From a virus (lineage: Duplodnaviria; Caudoviricetes), in the IMG/VR virus record IMGVR_UViG_3300032218_003042, positions 1-24,905 of that record: a DNA stretch of 24,905 bases, one strand, 5' to 3'. Made by a program: the position numbers and the translations under genes. Positions 1 through 9,334 of this stretch are shown piece after piece; the first letter of the stretch is position 1, and every line of letters begins with the position of its first letter. The notes below the pieces were generated by a model. The model saw only the letters and a program-made list of their open reading frames with translations, was not told the origin of the DNA and did not search any database.

Positions 1-3000
1 ACTAATTTTGACAATACAAATAATTTTATTCCAGCAAAAAGAATCTATATTCCAAAACATAGTTTTTATACTGGGCAACCATTGACATATAGTGGTGGAG
101 TTGGTGGTAATGGTGATGGATTATCTGTTTTTGATACTGGAGTTGGTGAGTTTAAACTTCAAAATAATCAAACAGTATATTCTGTAGTTTTTGATAAAGA
201 TTATATTGGAATATCAACTTTAGGTTTCACAACTTCTTCTGGAATTGGAACAAGTTTAAATTCTTTATATTTTAGTCCTTTTGTTAATATTGGTGTAGCA
301 CACTCTCTTTCTACGCAATTTAATTCTGCACAAGCAAAGGTAGAAAACTATTCAGTAACTGTAACTACTTCTGAAAAACACCAACTATTAAATGATCAAA
401 GTGTTAAATTTAATTTATTTCCAAGTTTAAATGAAACAATATCATTTAAATATGATCCATTTTTAAGAAAAATAACATCTCAACCAATTACTTTTGATGC
501 TTCTGTTGGCGTCAATACGAATACATCAGAAATAACTTTAGGAGAAAACAATTTAAAAACAGGTGATAAAATTGTTTATTATGCTGATACTACACCAGCA
601 ATTGGAGGTTTGGAGAACAATCAAACCTATTTTATTCTTAAATTAGATCAATATAAAATTAAACTTTGTGAATATGAGTATGATTCAAAAGTTGGAAACT
701 TTATTAAATTGCTTTCTGTTGGTAGTGGAACTCACACAATTTCTTTGATCAATCCTCCGTTTAATGTTACTAAAGGAAATATAATTCAATTGAATGTATC
801 TGATCCTACTCTTGAAAATTTCCAATTAATTCTTTATAAAGATAAAAATTTTACAAAAGAACTTGAAACCTATTCTTATCTTTTTGGAAATAATTATGTT
901 TTAAATACTCAAAAATATTATCCATCGGAAATTTATTATAATTTTTTACCAAAAGCAACTGCTACTCCTATAGAACGTGAAATTTCTTATGATGATGAAG
1001 TTAAAAATAGAAATGAGATTATCATAAGACCAAGTTTGTATAATAAAGATTATTCTGTTTTAGTTGTTGATGATAATAATTTTAAAATCAATCTATCATT
1101 AAAACCAGAAAGTATTTCATATTCACTTTCTTCTGGAATTAGTTCGGTTTTTTATGATACAAATTCAATTACAGCACTTGGACCAATATCAAAAATAAAT
1201 GTAGTAGCAAAAGGAAAAAGTTATTTAAAAATTCCTAAAATAACTTCAGTTGTTTCTGTAGCGGGTTCGGGAGCATTATTGTATGCAAATTCAAATTATA
1301 TTGGAAAAATTGACTATTTGGAAAGAGTCAAAGATGGGTTTGATTATCCTACAGATAAAACATTAAAACCTTATTTGAGTATTCCTGCAACTGCTCAAAT
1401 TAAGGATATTCAAAGAATTGATTATATCGGCATTACTACTGGCGGAAAAAGATATAATACCGCTCCAATACTTAAAGTTCTTGGTGCTGACAATAAACCA
1501 AAAGATAACATTAAATTATCCTGTTCAGTTTCTGGTGGATCTGTACTTTCAGCAACAGTAAATCAAAATGCAAATGATTTGTCTGGACCATTACCAATAA
1601 TTGCAACCAGAAATTCTAATGGATATGATATTAATGATATTGTCGTAAGTGGAAATTATGTAACATTAGAATTAATTAACAGTGATAATCAATTATATCC
1701 TTTAATTCCTGATAATTATGGAGAATCTGGAAGTACCTTCCCATTTGAAATTGGAGATAAAATCTTCATAGAAAGATGTATTATTACAGATAAAACAAAG
1801 AAAAATTTCAATTCTTCTACTTATAATTATACTTTCTTTACTGTTACTAATGTAAATTCTACAAATTATACGGTAACTTATGACATATCAGAGTTAGGAA
1901 TTAATCAAGCACAAACTCCATTTGGAGAATATAGTACTGTTTTTGGTTATGGGCATGTAGTTAATAAAAAAGATATGGCACAATTTGAAATGTTTGTTGC
2001 TGACGATTTGTCATATACTTCTGGCGAAAAAGTTTTTGGTTATGATACTAATGGAAATAATACATTTATTGCAAATGTAATGGATAATGGGTGGGATAAT
2101 GATATTAATGAAATTAGACTAATCAATTGTTCTGGAGAATTGAAAGATGGATATAAATTAAGAGGTCAAGTATCAAAATTAAATGGAACAGTATTAGAAG
2201 TTAATAAATTTAATTTAGAAAGTATATTAGGCACAACAAGAGATAAGATCAATTATTCAAATGATAGAAAGGGTTTGTTGAATGATTATCAACAAAGAAT
2301 TTCGGACAATAATTATTATCAAAAATTCTCATATGCAATCAAGGGACAAATTCCTTATGATAAATGGAAAGAACCAGTAAGATCATTAGTCCATCCTGCT
2401 GGATATAAAGAATTTTCTGATTTAGATATTATTGGAATTACAACTTCAGGTCCAGTAGATGCTGGAATTGCCAAATCTTCAACAATGAAACCAATCGTGA
2501 ATTCGGATTTATCATTATTGGTCAATATTGATAATACAGCATCTTTATATACAAGAAGTAATTTTTCGCTTGCAGAAGATGAAGAACAAGCAGATGATGG
2601 ATCAGTAGAAAGAATTCAAGTACTTCAAGGAGTCAATCTTACTCCTTATATTTTATCTCATACAAATAAAGTTTTAATTGTTGATGATATCAGTGATCAA
2701 TTTACTGGCATAAGCAGTTCAACTCAAGGTGGATCTGTGCTTGGAATAAGTTCCTTCAGACTTACAAATAACTCATATCCAGTATTCTATAGAGAATTTG
2801 AGTCTTCCGACACATCAATTGTTGATTTGAGCAATAATTCATTCACATTAAACAATCATAATTTTCAAACTGGTCAAAAAATAATTTATACTTATGGAAA
2901 TACTACTCCAATAGGAATAGCAACTACATCAGTTGTAGAAAGTTCTCAAATAATTCAAGTAGTATCAGGAAATACTGCTTATCTTTCAGTTGCTTCTACA

Positions 3001-6000
3001 GATTCTAACATTCTTATGGAAGTTGGAGGTGGTTCAATTGGAAGTGCAATTTATGAAAATGGATATAATGTAGCAATTAGCACTGCAATAACTGGAATTT
3101 CATCAATTGACATAAAACATGCATCTAAAAATGTATTCTATGGATATGGACATCCATTTCCACAAAAATCTACAAGTGGAATTGGAACTGATGCTAAATT
3201 TAGTGTTTTTATTGTATATAATAACACTGGAACTCCTATATCTACTTCAATTGTATTAAATGATGGTGGAAGAGGATATGTTGTAGGAAATACCGTTTCA
3301 ATTTCTGGAACTTATATTGGTGGTGCTACACCAACAAATGACCTTTCATTTAAAGTATCAAAAATAGCAAATAGTAGATTAGCAGGACAAGCAAATCAAA
3401 TTTATACAGACGTTCCAAGCACTACAGCAGTTGGATTTGGAACTGGTGCAAGATTTACCATATCAAGAGATGAAGTTGGTTCTGTAAATTCAATTAAAGT
3501 TGCAAATGGTGGAGTTGGTTATGCTTTAACTGATCAAATTGTAATTTCGGGATCTAATGTTGGTGGAAGTTCTCCATTAGATAATATTTACTTAAGTCCA
3601 ACAGTTTTAGGAACTAATACTCTTCCGAAAAATTTATATATTCATAAATCAAACGACAACAAATTTAAAGTTTCTGGTCTATCAACAACTGTAAATGATG
3701 CTTTAGATTTAACTAGTCTTGGGATTGGAACTCATTCATTTAGTTTAGAAAATCCAAATAAAAGTTCATTTATTGTAATTGATAATGTGATTCAAAATCC
3801 CCCATACAATAGAAATTTATATCCAAAGTTAGCAAAATCAGTTGGAACTGCAGATACAACAATATATTTAAAATCTGGCATTTCTTCAATTAGTGGTTTG
3901 GATTTTATTAAAATTGAAAATGAATTTATGAAAATTAATAGCATTGGAATTGGATCTACAAATGCTATTAATGTTGAAAGATCATTTATGGGAACAATAA
4001 ATCAATATCATGATTTATCAAAACAAGTTTCCATTATGAGAGGAGATTATAATATCATAGATGGAGTCATATATCTATCAACTCCACCATATGGAAAAAT
4101 TCCATATCAGGAAAAATCTAGCAATGGCATTACAACAACTTTATACGCAAAATCTAGTTTCCAAGGAAGAGTATTCTCAAGAGAATTTGATGACATTCAA
4201 GCGCCAAATGATAAAAATATTATATTAGATGATATTTCTTTGCATTTTACTGGTCTTAATAATATTATCGGAACTTATACTGGAACTTTAGATCCAAACT
4301 ATCCAAGCAAAATTAGTGGAATAAGTACTACAAATCTACTCATTGGAGATGTTCTTAATCTTAAATATACTGACAATCTTCTTATAAATTCAAATACAGT
4401 TATATCAAAAATTGAAACAAATTCTATTAATATACAACCAAGTCATAATGTTATTGTTGGGACATCAATAACTACTTTTATAATTAGTAGAAATAATTTT
4501 CCTTTAATAACAAATCAAAATACAGTAGTTGGATTATATACTGATACTAATAGCTCAATACCATCTAGCAATAATCCTTTAATATTAATAAACAATATTC
4601 TTCAAGTCTCAGGAAAAGATTTTATCATTGATACTGAAGGAAATAATACAATTAAATTTATTAGTGGTGTGCCAAATTCTGGAAGAATTTCAAAAGTAGC
4701 AATTACTACTGGTTATGGTTATCAACCTCTTGTAGGTGCCTCTGCAACTGTCTCTGTATCAGTTGCTGGAACTATTTCTAAAGTATATCTAACTGGTTAT
4801 GGATCTGGATATAGAGAAAATCCACATATTAGTATTGCATCATCTATTGGATCTGGTGCATCAATAACTGGAACCATAGGTGCAGGAGGTACTATAACTT
4901 CACTCACAATAGTCAATCCTGGTTCTGGATACACTTCTACATCAATTCCACAAGTAGTTGTTGGTCTCCCATCTGCTTATACTAATCTTTCTCTTTATAA
5001 TAAAGATCCATTGGGAGTAGGAACTGAAGCAAAAATTTCAGTTTCTGTTGGAAATGGTTCTAGTATTGCACAATTTAATATTGATGAACCAGGAAGAGGA
5101 TATAAAGTTGGTCAAGTTTTAGGAGTTATTGGAATTACAACTAATCCAAATGTTGGTATTGGATTTAGTGAATTTACACTTACAATAACTGAAGTGCTTT
5201 CGGATAAATTCTTTGGTTATTATCCAGGTCAATTTATACAATTTGATGACTTATCACCATATTTTAATGGATTTAAAAAAAGATTTTCTTTGACTGTAAC
5301 AGAAGATAACAAAACACGTATAATATCACTAAAAAAAGATCTTGGTTCTGATTTAAATATTAATAATAACATTTTTGTTTTTATTAATAATATATTACAA
5401 GAACCTGGAAATGCATACACATATAAAAGTTCAAAAATAATATTTACAGAGGCACCAAAAGCAAAATCAACTTGTAATGTATTATTCTATAAAGGATCAA
5501 GTCGTGATGCTGAACAAATTGTTCCACCAGAAACGATTAAAGAAGGAGATACCGTCAAAATTAATAAAGATCTATCACAACCATTAATTAGAGAACAGTT
5601 TGAAAGAATTGTTAAGCGGGTTGTATCTGTAGATGAATTTGATACATTTACTTATGATAGTTTAGGGATTGATACCTCAACATATAGATCTTTAGAATGG
5701 ACCAAACAAACTGAAGATAAAATTATTAATGGAGTTCTTTATTCAAAATCAAGAACAGGATTAAAGTCAAAAGTAATTCCAACTACACAAATAATTAAAA
5801 AAGTATTACCATCTGATACAAACATTTATGTAAATAATGCTTTTCCAGTATTCTCCAATGTTGATAATTTATCTTCTGGAAATAGAAATATAACCATAGT
5901 AGAAAATCGTGAAATTTCTCCAGCATTTGGAACCGCTTCCGTATCATTAGCATCCACAATATCGTCTGTAAATATTTCTTATAGTGGATCTGGATACCAA

Positions 6001-7728
6001 AATAATCTTTCCCCAATTGTAAATATTTCAAATTCTAAATTATATAAAAAAGATTTAGTATATAATTGGAATTCAACTATTGGAATAAATACCTCCAATA
6101 ATTTCAAATCAATTGTTAGTGGTAATGTTTTAGTTTCAGTTGGTCAAAGTCATATTATAGCAAATAGTTTTGATGGATTGAGTTGGAATTATACCAATTC
6201 TGGAATTACTACATTAAATTCTATAAGTGCTTATGGTCCAATTGGAGTAGCAAAATCATTTACATATGTATCTGTTGGAAATAATGCAACAATTATAAGG
6301 GCTTTTGGTGCAGGATCAACAATATCATCTTGGGCAAATTGTTCATTGTTTGATCCACAAGCAACACTATCTCAAACAAATTATATTCCAACAATTTACA
6401 CTGGAAATCTTAATTCCATTTCATATTCACAAACAACTAATACTTGGGTGTGTGTTGGAAATAATGGTGCGATTTTCTGCGGAGTTGGAATACAGACTAA
6501 TAGATTTATAAATTCAACAAAAATAGATATATCAAATAATCTAAATGATGTAACTACAAACAATAATATATTTGTAGTTGTTGGTAATTCGGGAACAATT
6601 CTTTATTCCACAAATGGTATAAGTGGAACTTGGCAAAATACATTGCAAAATATCAGCACCGATAATTTGTATAAGATAATTTGGGATGGAACCAAATTCA
6701 TAACGGTTGGAGACAATTCAACTATTTTAGTATCTTCCACAGGGAGTGATAATTGGTCTAAAATTAATGGATTAAATATTTCAGAAAATTTAAGAAATAT
6801 TAAATATTATAAAACAAAATCAAGTGATATAAATGGAATTTATTATGTAATAACTGATTCAGGCAAAGCATATCAGTCAAATGATTTATTATATTGGTTG
6901 CCAATAGATACAAATCAACCAAATCAAATTATTGATTTTGTCTATAATTCTTCAATTGGAGAAGAAGGAAGAATGATTGCTGTTGGATATGGTGGAACTA
7001 TAATTTACTCTGAACCAACAATTCATTATCCAATTTTCAATGCTAATGTATCAAATGAATCTATATCATCAATTGATATAATTGATGGAGGATTTGGTTA
7101 CTCTCAAAATGAAATTATTCCATTCTTTGTTGAAAGTGATCCAACAAAATCAGAAACAGTTTATACTGTAAAAGTTAAAGGTGATTATGGGAACATCACT
7201 AAAATTAGTGTTGCAAGTTCTACAATAAACTTTACATTAAAACCAGAGCAATATGATAATCCAACTTTAGGAATTGGATATTCTTCTTTAGATTCATATG
7301 GAGTTACTTATAGCAGTTTGAATGTTGGTGATTATTTTGTAATCACAGAAAGCAATTCAATTTGTGGTCACGCTTTGACTGGAATTACTACAAGCATTGG
7401 AGGATTGGCAAATTATCCTGCTTCCAGAATTGGAACCGCAGTAACTTATCTTGATGGTGTTTATAGAGTAGAAAGAGTATTAACAGATATTACTTCTGGA
7501 ATAACCACTGTTGGATGTAATTTTGCACCAGGACCTTCTGGATATCCTATCAATGTGACCGTTGGGATTAATACTTTTGGTTTCTATGGCAAATATTCTT
7601 GGGGATTGTTCTACAATTATCAAAATAGACAAAACAGAAACCCAAAAACTTTTGATTTAAATACAAATAATGGTTTGGTGGGTCTTTCAACTGCACCAGT
7701 CGTATTTAGAACTCGCAGTTTAATTTAG
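1..7728 (+). CDS. gp7: Giant baseplate wedge protein, gp7-like (baseplate wedge initiator); 5'-truncated by the window edge
   Basis: Frame 1 is open from base 1 (TNFDNTNNFIPAKRIYIPKHSFYTGQPL...), so the TTG at 82 is probably not the true start. It contains QRISDNNYYQKFSYAIKGQIPYDKWKEPVRSLVHPAGYKEFSD, a motif I recognise from cyanophage gp7-like proteins. It also has three DD(I/L)SxxF(T/N)G ... I(D/N)N(V/I)xQ repeats and about ten GxGY-type modules, and lies directly upstream of gp8. Confidence 0.8.
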   Translation, partial: TNFDNTNNFIPAKRIYIPKHSFYTGQPLTYSGGVGGNGDGLSVFDTGVGEFKLQNNQTVYSVVFDKDYIGISTLGFTTSSGIGTSLNSLYFSPFVNIGVAHSLSTQFNSAQAKVENYSVTVTTSEKHQLLNDQSVKFNLFPSLNETISFKYDPFLRKITSQPITFDASVGVNTNTSEITLGENNLKTGDKIVYYADTTPAIGGLENNQTYFILKLDQYKIKLCEYEYDSKVGNFIKLLSVGSGTHTISLINPPFNVTKGNIIQLNVSDPTLENFQLILYKDKNFTKELETYSYLFGNNYVLNTQKYYPSEIYYNFLPKATATPIEREISYDDEVKNRNEIIIRPSLYNKDYSVLVVDDNNFKINLSLKPESISYSLSSGISSVFYDTNSITALGPISKINVVAKGKSYLKIPKITSVVSVAGSGALLYANSNYIGKIDYLERVKDGFDYPTDKTLKPYLSIPATAQIKDIQRIDYIGITTGGKRYNTAPILKVLGADNKPKDNIKLSCSVSGGSVLSATVNQNANDLSGPLPIIATRNSNGYDINDIVVSGNYVTLELINSDNQLYPLIPDNYGESGSTFPFEIGDKIFIERCIITDKTKKNFNSSTYNYTFFTVTNVNSTNYTVTYDISELGINQAQTPFGEYSTVFGYGHVVNKKDMAQFEMFVADDLSYTSGEKVFGYDTNGNNTFIANVMDNGWDNDINEIRLINCSGELKDGYKLRGQVSKLNGTVLEVNKFNLESILGTTRDKINYSNDRKGLLNDYQQRISDNNYYQKFSYAIKGQIPYDKWKEPVRSLVHPAGYKEFSDLDIIGITTSGPVDAGIAKSSTMKPIVNSDLSLLVNIDNTASLYTRSNFSLAEDEEQADDGSVERIQVLQGVNLTPYILSHTNKVLIVDDISDQFTGISSSTQGGSVLGISSFRLTNNSYPVFYREFESSDTSIVDLSNNSFTLNNHNFQTGQKIIYTYGNTTPIGIATTSVVESSQIIQVVSGNTAYLSVASTDSNILMEVGGGSIGSAIYENGYNVAISTAITGISSIDIKHASKNVFYGYGHPFPQKSTSGIGTDAKFSVFIVYNNTGTPISTSIVLNDGGRGYVVGNTVSISGTYIGGATPTNDLSFKVSKIANSRLAGQANQIYTDVPSTTAVGFGTGARFTISRDEVGSVNSIKVANGGVGYALTDQIVISGSNVGGSSPLDNIYLSPTVLGTNTLPKNLYIHKSNDNKFKVSGLSTTVNDALDLTSLGIGTHSFSLENPNKSSFIVIDNVIQNPPYNRNLYPKLAKSVGTADTTIYLKSGISSISGLDFIKIENEFMKINSIGIGSTNAINVERSFMGTINQYHDLSKQVSIMRGDYNIIDGVIYLSTPPYGKIPYQEKSSNGITTTLYAKSSFQGRVFSREFDDIQAPNDKNIILDDISLHFTGLNNIIGTYTGTLDPNYPSKISGISTTNLLIGDVLNLKYTDNLLINSNTVISKIETNSINIQPSHNVIVGTSITTFIISRNNFPLITNQNTVVGLYTDTNSSIPSSNNPLILINNILQVSGKDFIIDTEGNNTIKFISGVPNSGRISKVAITTGYGYQPLVGASATVSVSVAGTISKVYLTGYGSGYRENPHISIASSIGSGASITGTIGAGGTITSLTIVNPGSGYTSTSIPQVVVGLPSAYTNLSLYNKDPLGVGTEAKISVSVGNGSSIAQFNIDEPGRGYKVGQVLGVIGITTNPNVGIGFSEFTLTITEVLSDKFFGYYPGQFIQFDDLSPYFNGFKKRFSLTVTEDNKTRIISLKKDLGSDLNINNNIFVFINNILQEPGNAYTYKSSKIIFTEAPKAKSTCNVLFYKGSSRDAEQIVPPETIKEGDTVKINKDLSQPLIREQFERIVKRVVSVDEFDTFTYDSLGIDTSTYRSLEWTKQTEDKIINGVLYSKSRTGLKSKVIPTTQIIKKVLPSDTNIYVNNAFPVFSNVDNLSSGNRNITIVENREISPAFGTASVSLASTISSVNISYSGSGYQNNLSPIVNISNSKLYKKDLVYNWNSTIGINTSNNFKSIVSGNVLVSVGQSHIIANSFDGLSWNYTNSGITTLNSISAYGPIGVAKSFTYVSVGNNATIIRAFGAGSTISSWANCSLFDPQATLSQTNYIPTIYTGNLNSISYSQTTNTWVCVGNNGAIFCGVGIQTNRFINSTKIDISNNLNDVTTNNNIFVVVGNSGTILYSTNGISGTWQNTLQNISTDNLYKIIWDGTKFITVGDNSTILVSSTGSDNWSKINGLNISENLRNIKYYKTKSSDINGIYYVITDSGKAYQSNDLLYWLPIDTNQPNQIIDFVYNSSIGEEGRMIAVGYGGTIIYSEPTIHYPIFNANVSNESISSIDIIDGGFGYSQNEIIPFFVESDPTKSETVYTVKVKGDYGNITKISVASSTINFTLKPEQYDNPTLGIGYSSLDSYGVTYSSLNVGDYFVITESNSICGHALTGITTSIGGLANYPASRIGTAVTYLDGVYRVERVLTDITSGITTVGCNFAPGPSGYPINVTVGINTFGFYGKYSWGLFYNYQNRQNRNPKTFDLNTNNGLVGLSTAPVVFRTRSLI

Positions 7729-7729
7729 G

Positions 7730-7737
7730 AATAAATA
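7730..7737 (+). promoter_or_regulatory. T4-type late promoter variant (AATAAATA) upstream of gp8
   Basis: One mismatch to the gp55 late consensus TATAAATA; intergenic, 19 nt before the gp8 ATG. Confidence 0.65.
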
Positions 7738-7756
7738 GAAAAAAGTATCTTATAAA

Positions 7757-9328
7757 ATGCCTGCTATTATATCAGATCAATTTAGAATTATGAATGCAGA
7801 GACTTTTGTAAATAGTCTCGTTTCTACTGGTTCTACTGCAAATAATTACTATGTTTTTATTGGGCAACCAAATAGTACAAATCCTTATGCTGGAGGATCT
7901 CCAACAAATTGGCCAACTCCTCCTTTAGATGGATTTTATGAAGAGGATAGAATCAAGGAAACTATAATTTCTCTTAAAAAAATAACAACAGCAGACGTAA
8001 ATAGAGTAGTCAATAAATTTCAATGGTCTGCAGGAACAGTATATGATATGTATAGAAATGATTATACTATCTACAATCCAACAAAAGTTACTGATTCCTC
8101 AAGATTGTATGATTCAAATTATTATGTAATTAATCAAGATTTAAGAGTTTATATTTGTTTAAATAACGGAACTGATCCAGATAATTTAGAAGGAAAACCT
8201 TCATTTGATGAACCAACTTTTGTTGATTTGGAACCAAGGCAAGCGGGAACAAGTGGAGATGGATATATTTGGAAATATCTTTATACAATAAAACCATCAC
8301 AAATTGTAAAATTTGATTCAATTGAATATATTCCTGTTCCAGAAAATTGGGGATCTTCTGGAGAAAGTCTTACGATCAAAAATAATGCAATTAACGGAAA
8401 AATATACACTGCAATTATTACAAATAGAGGTTCTGGATATCAATCAAGTCAATCTTTACCACGATCATTTACAAATATTCCAATTTTAGGAGATGGGTCT
8501 GAAGGAACCGCCACAATTACTGTAGATTCAACTGGATCTGTATCTGATATTTTTATATCTAATGGTGGATCTGGTTATACAAAGGGAACAATTGATTTTA
8601 CTCCAGGATCAGTTGGAATACCAACTTCATTAACAAACACTGGAACAATCGCAAGTTTTGATATTATTATTCCACCAAAAGGTGGTCATGGATATAATAT
8701 CTATAGGGAACTTGGTGCTTATAAAGTTTTATTATATTCTAGATTTCAAAAAAATGCTCAAAATCCAGACACTATTGTTGGAAATGATTTTGGAAGAGTT
8801 GGAATATTAAAGAATCCAACTGTCGTTGGAAGTGATGTTGAGTTATTAACTGAAGCAGAAATTAGTGCATTAAAAGGACTAAAATTATCAGGAATTACTA
8901 GTGAAACTACATATGCTGTAGATTCCATTATTACCCAAACAGTGAGTGCAGGAACAACAGCAATTGGATTTGTTGCTTCTTGGGATAGTGTTACTGGTGT
9001 TTTAAAATATTATCAACCAGTTGGACTAGCAACAGCATATGTTGGATATAAAATCAATAATTTTACTTCTTCTCCTGGAACTGGAGGTTCTTTAGTAATT
9101 AATGGAACTTCTATTATTGGCGATGCTTTAAGTATTGATGCAGGTTTTACTGGTTTATCCACAGTAATAAATAGTACTACATATCAATTGGGATTAACTT
9201 TTAATTCTGGAATTGCATCTGCAGAATATAATAAGAAATCTGGTGAGATTATTTACATAGATAATATAACGGCGGTTCCACTTTCGCCAAGTCAAAAAGA
9301 AGATATTAAAATTGTATTGGAGTTCTAA
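7757..9328 (+). CDS. gp8: Baseplate wedge subunit gp8
   Basis: Starts MPAIISDQFRIMNAETFV and contains WSAGTVYDMYRNDY, YYVINQDLRVYICLNNG, GDGYIWKYLYTI, PPKGGHG and a C-terminal SGEIIYIDN...QKEDIKIVLEF, all typical of T4-like gp8. Confidence 0.92.
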   Translation: MPAIISDQFRIMNAETFVNSLVSTGSTANNYYVFIGQPNSTNPYAGGSPTNWPTPPLDGFYEEDRIKETIISLKKITTADVNRVVNKFQWSAGTVYDMYRNDYTIYNPTKVTDSSRLYDSNYYVINQDLRVYICLNNGTDPDNLEGKPSFDEPTFVDLEPRQAGTSGDGYIWKYLYTIKPSQIVKFDSIEYIPVPENWGSSGESLTIKNNAINGKIYTAIITNRGSGYQSSQSLPRSFTNIPILGDGSEGTATITVDSTGSVSDIFISNGGSGYTKGTIDFTPGSVGIPTSLTNTGTIASFDIIIPPKGGHGYNIYRELGAYKVLLYSRFQKNAQNPDTIVGNDFGRVGILKNPTVVGSDVELLTEAEISALKGLKLSGITSETTYAVDSIITQTVSAGTTAIGFVASWDSVTGVLKYYQPVGLATAYVGYKINNFTSSPGTGGSLVINGTSIIGDALSIDAGFTGLSTVINSTTYQLGLTFNSGIASAEYNKKSGEIIYIDNITAVPLSPSQKEDIKIVLEF

Positions 9329-9334
9329 AGAAAA

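Noticed and set aside
82-84. TTG start assigned to the first ORF
   Set aside because: The frame is open from base 1 and the upstream residues continue a repeat module, so the gene most likely begins before the window.
6064-7017. Ycf48/HCF136 photosystem II assembly factor as an auxiliary metabolic gene
   Set aside because: The propeller repeats are an in-frame internal part of a baseplate protein; the resemblance is at fold level only.
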